Shown in pieces: positions 53,220-64,000 of a stretch of DNA of 64,000 nt. The position numbers and the translations under genes are program-made. Numbering within the stretch: position 1 is the stretch's first letter; each line of letters begins with the position of its first letter. The stretch is from Octopus vulgaris (lineage: Eukaryota): NCBI GenBank assembly GCA_951406725.2, contig OX597821.1, forward strand, positions 89,032,001 through 89,096,000, read 5' to 3'. The notes beneath the pieces were generated by a model that saw only the letters and a program-made list of their open reading frames with translations, searched no databases and had not been told where the DNA came from.

Positions 53220-53226
53220 TTATATA

Positions 53227-53385
53227 TGTGCAGGAGTGGCTGTGTGGTAAAAACTTGCTTCCCAATCACATGGTTCTGGGTTCAGTCCCACTGCGTGGCA
53301 CCTTGAGCAAGTGTCCACTACTATAGCCTCGGGCTGACCAACGCCTTGTGAGTGGATTTGGTAGACGGAAACAGAAAGAAGCCCG

Positions 53386-53388
<3 letters not shown>
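53227..53388 (+). mobile_element. SINE family 1 5' half; its 3' half may resume at ~55760-55840 after the PLE
   Basis: Head colinear with the 4199 copy; TTTGTCCCCCACCGTCACTTGACAACC at 55814-55840 continues the consensus. Confidence 0.75.
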
Positions 53389-53430
<42 letters not shown>

Positions 53431-53573
53431 TGCATTTTTACCTTGTTAACAATAAACACGGAAAAAATAAATAAATAGTTACCAGTGTAGCAAAAAATCT
53501 CACAAGTAAAGAGGTTGTAACTCCTTGTTTATAAAGGTAGAAACTTCGTGTTTACGTGGAATTTTTTTGTATA

Positions 53574-55749
53574 ATATATGAATAAATAAATGGAGTTTAA
53601 AGCAGGTATAAATCAAATATTTTTACTTTCGACACATGTTTCGAAAATTCCACTGATATCATTCAAAAGAATAAATGGTATAAACAACGCAATCTTCTCT
53701 TAAGGAAAGTGAAAAAACGAAACTCGTCAATAAGACATTTTAGCCAAAAATGATGGATTTGTATAACGATTAACTGAACGCTATTAATAGAGTTTAAAAA
53801 AATATTTATGTGATGTAAGGTCAGAAGTAACTTACAGAAAGAGTAGGGATATTAATAGTGAATGTTAAATATAAAGGAAATTAAAGTTTAAATTCTATAT
53901 AATGATAGAGATTACTTATATGCACTAAAGGTCTGTCTTTGACAATGTTTACATCTGTATGCTCACTCTATAATTGTGTTTACTAGGGGATTTTTAGAAA
54001 AAATAATGGAAAATAGCTCAGAATTACAGAGAATACAGAATTCCTTGCCTTTGTCATAACGTATCGAGATTGAGAGAATCAACCGTTCTAAATGAAATTG
54101 TTCATTGTGGTCTTTTAGATCCCAAATTAGTTTGCTGAGACCAGTACTATTACGTTTATTTCTATCTCTAAATGTTGAGTAATGGATAGAAATTCTTTTA
54201 GATAACTCTAACGATGTGCTTCCAATGTAAAATCGTACTTTATTACGAGTACTGATTATACACAGGTATATAGAATTTTTTATCTTAGAGTTACTTGACG
54301 TAAACTTAATTCTATTGAAATTGACTTCAGATACAATAACCTTGTTATTAATATTTCTAGAGGGCTGGATGGTATTAGCAAAATTAATGTTAGTATTAGT
54401 AAATGTATTAATAGTTAACAGTTTGTTATTATGTAAGGAGATAATTTGTAAGAGATTCTTTGTGTTGGAAAAACCGATCCTAACCGTATGTGAATTGATA
54501 ATAGAGTAATACCTAGAATTCTTTGGAAAATTCTTAACAATAGCTTCACGAAAGAGCAGTGGGACATTAGATTTACTTTGTCTCTTGTATGGAACTATTA
54601 ACCAAATATTTTTACTAGTATTGATAGCGTAATTATTTTTGAAATTGTTATATTTACTTTTAGAACGATAATACGGGATTAAATAAGGGTTAACTCCCTT
54701 CATTCGCTTTGTATCGGTGCATAAGTTACGTTTGTTATCAATAATTCTTTTACAACTAGAAATCATATCTACATTATTGAATTTACAATTAGACTGAGTA
54801 GAATCAATGTAGAAGATTTTCTCTGTATAACCTGCTTTAATTAAGGCAGAGTTATAAAATTCAGCGTTATCATTGAAAATATCAACATTAGCAGATAATT
54901 TAGATAATCTAAATGAAATATTCTTAACTAAGTTCTTAGTAATTGCCCTACGATGATTACTAAATTTGCTAATGTACTTAAGATTGGTCAACGGTTTACG
55001 ATATGGGAAGTAAGAGTCACTGTGTAAATCAAGCGTAATATCTAAAAAGTTGGCCTTCGTCATATTGTCATCAAAAACGATTTTTAAGCCGAATCTACTG
55101 ACAAATTTAACTAAACTATTCTTAACTTTTTGTACCTTTTGGTTGGAAACATTTTGGAGGTAAAGTAAACAATCATCACGATATAGACCTCCGTAAATGT
55201 TAGGGAACTCTTCTGCCATTTCAAAAAGAATATATATACAGACCAAATCAGCTATTTGTGCTGAATGAGAACTTCCCATTGGTATATCGAAACTATCTGG
55301 TGTGTCTTTACGGACCCACAACAAATCAAATTTAATAATAGATCTTCTGGCTGCCAACACAACATTAATTTCTTCTCGGGTGAGACCAGCTGTGTTATGA
55401 GCGAGCCAAAGTGCCTTATTAAGTACTATTGGATTGATAGATGAATACAAATTTGAAATATCAAACTGAATAAACTTAGTATTCCACTTATTAATAATAG
55501 AACGAAACCAGTCAACTGACGTTATATAATATAACGTTTTTTTAAAACAATATTAATAGCGTTCAGTTAATCGCTATACAAATCCATCATTTTTTACTAA
55601 AATGTCTTATTGACGAGTTTCGTTTTTTCACTTTCCTGAATAGAAGATAGCATTGTTTATAGCATTTATTCTTTTGAATAATATCAGTGGAAACATGTGT
55701 CGAAAGTAAAAATATTTGATTTATACCTGCGTTAAGCTCCATTTATTTA

Positions 55750-55759
<10 letters not shown>
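53574..55759 (-). mobile_element. 5'-truncated Penelope-like element (Naiad-like) with inverted pseudo-LTR
   Basis: 53574-53789 is a reverse complement of 55551-55759; both carry HHR remnants (53626-53709 minus, 55631-55706 plus). Confidence 0.9.
53912..55520 (-). pseudogene. PLE reverse transcriptase + GIY-YIG endonuclease (5'-truncated, in-frame TGA at 53963-53965)
   Basis: FIQFDISNLYSSI, FDIPMGS, GLYRDD, FLDITL, SNH, SIYLC...FYIGST, CILCNSE, then E*AYRCKH...AYK*. Confidence 0.9.
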
Positions 55760-55791
<32 letters not shown>

Positions 55792-56241
55792 GGGGGGTCT
55801 GTGTGTTTCTGCGTTTGTCCCCCACCGTCACTTGACAACCTATATTGTATTTAGATCCTGGTAATAAGAAGGACGGCCATTGGTCTCTTTCCCTTGGTCT
55901 CCATAGCCTTGTGGAACGAAACACTTAGTGGCAGTCGATCGCGTGACAAACCATGTGTTCAAGGGCCTCCACCAGATATATCGTATACACAAATATATAA
56001 TACAAACACATGCATATATGAAACACAATCACACATGCCCAGAGATTCATACATGTATCGACATATGCATACATACATACGTACATGCATACATAATACA
56101 TACATACATACATATATATATATATATATTGGTTCTTCTGTTGATCCGGTTTCTTTTATCCTTATTCTTATAGGTATCGTTTTTACTTTGCATTAGTTTT
56201 CCATTGTGATGCAAAAAAAATGAACCAAACATCTATTATAT

Positions 56242-56406
56242 AATCAGAAATATTAAATTTCTAAATATCTCATAGAGATATGTACGGTAGTGGATCGATA
56301 TATAGTGGAAGCATCGACGCTTCCTGTCGGCCTTGACACACCCACTCTATCGCTCCACCACCGTATATATCTCTATGAGATATTTAGAAATTTAATATTT
56401 CTGATT
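56242..56406. repeat. Fold-back (~65-bp arms) whose loop is an inverted copy of 56609-56642
   Basis: 56242-56308 is the reverse complement of 56342-56406. Confidence 0.85.
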
Positions 56407-56455
56407 TTGGTCATCAGTGAATAAACTTCACTGAAAAATATATATATATATATAT

Positions 56456-56588
56456 TTACGAAGTCTAGACAGATATCTTCAGCTAGCAGGCCTCTGCTAC
56501 TCTAGACCGATGATGGGTAAAGACCCTGAAACATGCGTGTCTCTAGATGCAGACCTAGCTGTTGGAGGTATTTGTCTCCCCTTCGTAA
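56456..56588 (+). ncRNA. Type I hammerhead ribozyme with long extended stem I (CCGATGA core)
   Basis: TGC TAC TCTAGA CCGATGA T GGG TAAAGA CCC T GAAAC ATGCGT GT C TCTAGA T GCA; outer pairing GACAGATATCTTCAGC/GTTGGAGGTATTTGTC and TTACGAAG/CTTCGTAA. Confidence 0.85.
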
Positions 56589-56834
56589 ATATATAAGGAC
56601 ACAGGAAATGTGTCAAGGCCGACAGGAAGCGTCGATGCTTCCTAGGGCTAAACAGCGGTGATGCAATTCCCTTACAGGACTGTCACGTTAAGTTGATAGT
56701 AGGCAACCACTTTATCTATTGTATATTTCTATAATAAGTTTAGTCGAATGAATCGATCCCAGCTCATTGATTTTTTTTTTTCTTAAGCCTGGATGTGTAT
56801 ATATAATATATACACATGTATATTATATATATAT

Positions 56835-56985
56835 GGGATTAGCTTCTTTCACTTTTCGTCTACAATAAGTCCACTGAGAAGGTTTTGGTCAGTCCTAGGC
56901 GATGGACACTTGCCGAAGTTGCCACGCAGTGGAACTGAGCCCAGAACCATGAGATTGGGAAGGTTCTTACTACATCAGACGCTCT
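56835..56985 (-). mobile_element. Decayed SINE family 1 head
   Basis: Reverse complement of the family 1 5' part. Confidence 0.65.
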
Positions 56986-57513
56986 AGCACTTTTGAAAAC
57001 TCCAAAGCCTTTATACTATTTTACTTCTAGAAATGTAGAACAATAAAAATAGGAATCACATGACTAGAACACATGTCTATATCAGAAGCAGAAAAGACGA
57101 TAATAATAAGAAAAATGTGGGAAATTTCACAGAAATAAGAAAGCATAAAATAAATATAGGTTTAATTTTATTGACATTAATGCAATGTCAGATACGCTGA
57201 TTGTTTAGGATTTCCATACGTAAAATATTGTGGCACTTTGGCGGCAAAGGCAATCACTGAAATGGTTCCTGGTATAAGCATTTTATTGCTGTTCAACCCA
57301 TCTGCAGCCTAAACATTTTTTTTCCCTTAATATTCCTTAGGGATATATATCATTTTATCTGATTCTGCAACAAGATTAACCTTAATTTCTTAAAATGGGT
57401 TTTGCTTTTTTCTTGTTTTTAACAATGTTTTTTAGTTCATTTGAGAGTGTATGTATGTATATGCGTGCATTTGTGTATGAGTGTGTGCGTGTGTGCATAT
57501 ATATGTATATGTA

Positions 57514-57578
<65 letters not shown>

Positions 57579-57725
57579 CTCATATACATATATAAATATA
57601 TATACGCACATACGTATATATGTTTATGAATGTGTACAAAAAGTTATATATATATATGTACATATATATATATATATATAAATATACATATATATATATA
57701 TATAAGAATATATATACACACACAC

Positions 57726-57989
<264 letters not shown>

Positions 57990-58128
57990 TATGAATTAAA
58001 CTACGGTTACCCGATAAATTACCTGCTGCCGTATACCTTTTACCAAGGAATGTACTTACTGAGGTAATTACCAGAAGTGCCTTAGGATACATCTATCCAT
58101 TAGAGGCTTTAAACACCTCTAACTTATA

Positions 58129-58185
<57 letters not shown>

Positions 58186-58189
<4 letters not shown>

Positions 58190-58278
58190 GAAGACACTTG
58201 CCCAAGGTGTTACGCAGCGGTGCAGAACCAGAAAGCATGTGGTTGAGAAGCAAGCGTCTTACTACAAAGCCACGCCTG
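58186..58278 (-). mobile_element. SINE family 1 head fragment
   Basis: GAAGACACTTGCCCAAGG...CCACGCCTG is the reverse complement of the head. Confidence 0.7.
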
Positions 58279-58550
58279 TATATATACGTATAACTGCTGT
58301 GGTTTGTTTAGCAATACTATCGACCTTGACATCACGTGACATACCTTGACAAATTGCAGCCTAACTACCGGTAGCCATTTCTTTTACTTCTTACATCTCT
58401 CCGGCCATATGAATTATTACCACTCTGGCGAGAAAGGGTCCGTTAGGGCCCTCGAAACTTAGTAGCATGGAATTTCACTCAAACTGTTTCAAATAATACA
58501 TGTAACTCCCTATAAATGTATTGAGTGCTATTTCTTTCCTTTGTCACTCA

Positions 58551-58611
<61 letters not shown>

Positions 58612-58742
58612 GTAAACATAAGAGAGTTATATTTACGTATAAATTTGTATTGTCTCCCTGGTTTTTATGTGCTAGGCCACTTGGTGTTAAACTGATGGTA
58701 TTATTAAATTAATATCTAATTTTTCACCCTCATTTATGAATT

Positions 58743-58816
<74 letters not shown>

Positions 58817-60679
58817 TGTGTTTGTGTGTGTGTGCCTCTCTACTAAGCTTTTTCTTTGTCTTTCACTCTCTCGTTCTCGCCCTTTCTCTCTCTCTCTCTC
58901 TCTCTGCCTATCTCTCCACATATTCTGTCTTATTTCGTATTCCCCCTATGCAGAATTTAATCATGACTTACTTTTACATATAAATGCATATTATTCTCTC
59001 CAACGTATCTCAGAGTTCCTCGATTTCTGTGTTCATTCGGGCAACAAGAAGTGTATCATGTCGGCGTTGATATATACACTCATACTCAGAGACATACACA
59101 CACAGACACACGCACAGACACATAAACACAAAATACACAAACACGCGCAAACACATGCATACGCACACACACTAACACACACACACCATAACAGACATGC
59201 AAATACACAATTTCTACACTTAACAGAACTGAAAGAATTTGCCATTTGTTGCATGCTTTAATTGTTGAATGTCAAACACTCGTTATATTTGCAAAATCAA
59301 CTTTAAGTACGAGACAGAAGCAGGTGGTGTAGTCATTTCTTACTCATTGAGAAAATTGTCGACATCGTCTTCTTATTGAGTATTATTTTTATCGGTACAA
59401 GTATTATTTATATAAATTAGTTATTCCTGTCTGAGAATCATTGTTGCATTGTGACATTTCACTGTTTTCCACTCATAGCAAAGACATGATCAGGTTTTTT
59501 TTTCGTATTTTTATTTCGGGGGAAATAAAAAGGTCATCATCAGATAGAAGTAAATATATACAAATTGATAAGTCACTTCTTTGCATGCTGTGCTGCGAAT
59601 ATCCTACATTATTTTAGTCTACATATTAGTGAAGTTAGTAACATCAGCGAAGTTAGGTTCTTCTCTCCCTTCTTAGATATACGTATTCAGTTACGTTTCT
59701 AATTAGCCATTATTATGTTACTTAGCTCTAATTAAATAAAAGCTATAGTGAGGAAGATATAGCTAATTATAATGTAACTGTTTTCAAAAAGGTTGTTTTA
59801 GTTATTCTAGGTGTCTCCTACTCTGGTCACACCTGTTTTGCTCTTTAGTTGGGGGTCTTAGATTATATTCGGTGTCTTTGGGAACCACCTGAATTCCTTT
59901 GGTATCTGGACTCATCACAGGATTATGAGTTACCATTGGGCGAATTTTGTATGCAACCAAAGATTATACTGAGAAACTAGGATGCATCCAGTTACTTGTA
60001 TAATTCAGGAGTATCAGCTCAGACTCTTTTGTTACTCTGATCGATTTCCTGCGTTAGAACATGTGTACCACATCCTCTTCCTTTAGGATCCGGCTTGGGT
60101 GAGGGCTCGTGTTGATCGACTAAATGTCCCATGGTCACGGCGATCAGGAAGTATCTCGCAAAGATGAGAACTGATTGGGATATTATTCCGATGTTTGCCC
60201 GGGACGATCCGAGCAAACGCCGACAAATGGTGGATGCATTGCCAGCAATGGCGCATACCCCCATCACCAACCTTATCTCTTACCATACTTCTTCCAAATA
60301 TGTGTCAATGTACTTTCATTAGGTGGGATGTTTTACAATACATCGTCTAACTGTTCTTTATAGCTATCAAAACGCCAACAATGTTTTATGTGATCAGATT
60401 ACTCTTACTAGATTTTTGTTTTTCTAAGAAAATCTTCAATTAACAGAAGAGTGTCCTCGTAATTCATTGTGTATCTCACCTCCGGGAAATATTTGTAAAA
60501 TACTGAAGCTTTACACAGCCCAAGTAATTCGGCTAGAGTAGGAGAATAATATGCTTTGAATGTTTCATATATATATATATATATATACACATATAAAATA
60601 TAAATAGAGAGAAAGAGAGACAGAGACAGACAGACAGACAGGGACAGAGAGAAAAAAGATAGATTGATACATACATACA

Positions 60680-60732
<53 letters not shown>

Positions 60733-61058
60733 TTCTACATTAAGACGATTGCTTCTCCTCATATATAAAATTAGTGATGCCAAGCAGTCAAACTTGTACC
60801 ATTATATAAAAGAGATGTGCTATCCTTAATCTTGTTTACATTTTCAATAACTAATTCCTCGGAATTTTTTCTTGCTTTGGAAGATGTGATAAAAGATATG
60901 TTTTAACAAAGACAAATTTAATCGGTTTCATTATCACTCCTGCATCCTCTCTCTTTACAGCAGCATTCAAATATATACTTAAAAACATACATAAAATGCC
61001 GTTGTTTATTTATCCACTGTCTTCTAAGTGTGAGCCATATATGTATATGCATGCTTAT

Positions 61059-61105
<47 letters not shown>

Positions 61106-61327
61106 TGTTTGATGTCATAAAATTTACAAACGTTTGAGTGGACCAGTAAAAATACTTTGTGGAGCAGTTGATCTCGAAGCACATAATGTTATAAATAATA
61201 GCATGCACAACACTTTTGCATAGAGGTGCAACCTCCGACTATTTGCTATGCAAAGGGCTTTCCTACCTAATATTTATATTCGATTGCTTTTTAGCTTTAT
61301 GTGCTTCGAATTCAGTTTACTCAAAAG

Positions 61328-61426
<99 letters not shown>

Positions 61427-62356
61427 AATGCACCCAAGCGCGGTTGCGTGAGTACATGTATCTGTATTGAATTGCATCGACCGATTGTTAGAGAAATCCT
61501 CATTGCATGTAATATATATGGTTTATGGAAAGTTACTGTTTATCTCGTACTCATGTTTCACACTGCAGCATTCGTCAAGCGACTCTTGTTTTCACTCAAT
61601 TTTCGTTGGGTATGTACATTTATTGGTGTGCCATCGTCACATCCTTTTGTTTCTTAAAGTGGTGCGAATTTTCAGTTTGTTCATTCATTCTAGATTTATC
61701 GCTTAATCTGTTTTAGGCTGTTCTTTTGTAAAAATTGTTTTGGTATGATAGTGGTCCAGTGTATTTGGATACGTTTTCTCTTTTCTCCCAGAGACTGGGT
61801 ATAGTTGATTTGGTGCATTTGTCTTGGTTTTATCGGTGTTTGGGTATGTATACAATTTATGTATCACTTATTTATCGCACTATAAGAAGTAAGATAAATT
61901 CATCTTCTACAAAGAGAATAGAATATATGCTACAAACAGAGGTACCAATTTCAAACGAGCCCCAAACAGCCGTCGCAGATTGAACATACTGTAATTAACA
62001 ATTATGCATACACAAAGACAAATTTAAGCAATGTTTTACCAAATCACTAAGCAATAAATATATACCCAGCCACAGTGAACCTAACATAAAAATGACATTA
62101 CGTAAACTAACTTGAGTAAGGAACATTCTGAACTAAATTAAAAGATAAATCTTGAGTAAATAAATAAAATTTAATACACATTCTCATAAAAAAAATATGC
62201 AAAATATAATAACCACTTCACAGCTAAATAGACAGTGAAGAGGTAGGAAAGTCATTGCCAATAATCAAATGCAAAATAGAAGCCAATAAACAAACACAAA
62301 GATTGCAATTGCATGAAGTACGAACCGCGAAATAAAGATTCACTTTCAATAAAAAG

Positions 62357-64000
<1,644 letters not shown>

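Noticed and set aside
56385-56420. CTGATGA...GAAA on the minus strand
   Set aside because: No stem II or stem I pairing, so not called as a hammerhead.
59980-60340. GC-richer segment with short ORFs, faintly similar to 38290-38700
   Set aside because: Possibly decayed LINE ORF1s or an exon, but no motif strong enough to call.

Overview
AT-rich eukaryotic DNA dominated by microsatellites and transposable elements. The tRNA-derived SINE families and the extreme (TA)n/(TAA)n density suggest a coleoid cephalopod, probably Octopus (inference). No host protein-coding exon could be supported, and most ORF-track entries are simple-repeat artefacts. Real coding sequence is all TE-derived: one apparently intact two-ORF CR1-clade LINE (40.6-45.2 kb; ORF1 with a Myb/trihelix-like N-terminus plus a CCCH finger), further CR1, RTE and R4/Dong fragments, Penelope-like elements (PLEs), and Tc1, mariner and Helitron remnants. 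The most striking unannotated signal is about a dozen type I hammerhead ribozyme (HHR) motifs. Three of them have a Schistosoma-type 3x1 internal loop in stem I and sit in short, highly folded non-coding modules next to (TA)n tracts; these are candidate retrozymes (circRNA-forming, non-autonomous retroelements). A SINE at 5.6 kb also carries the unique 3' flank of the SINE at 46.2 kb. All calls were made by eye, and element boundaries are approximate.
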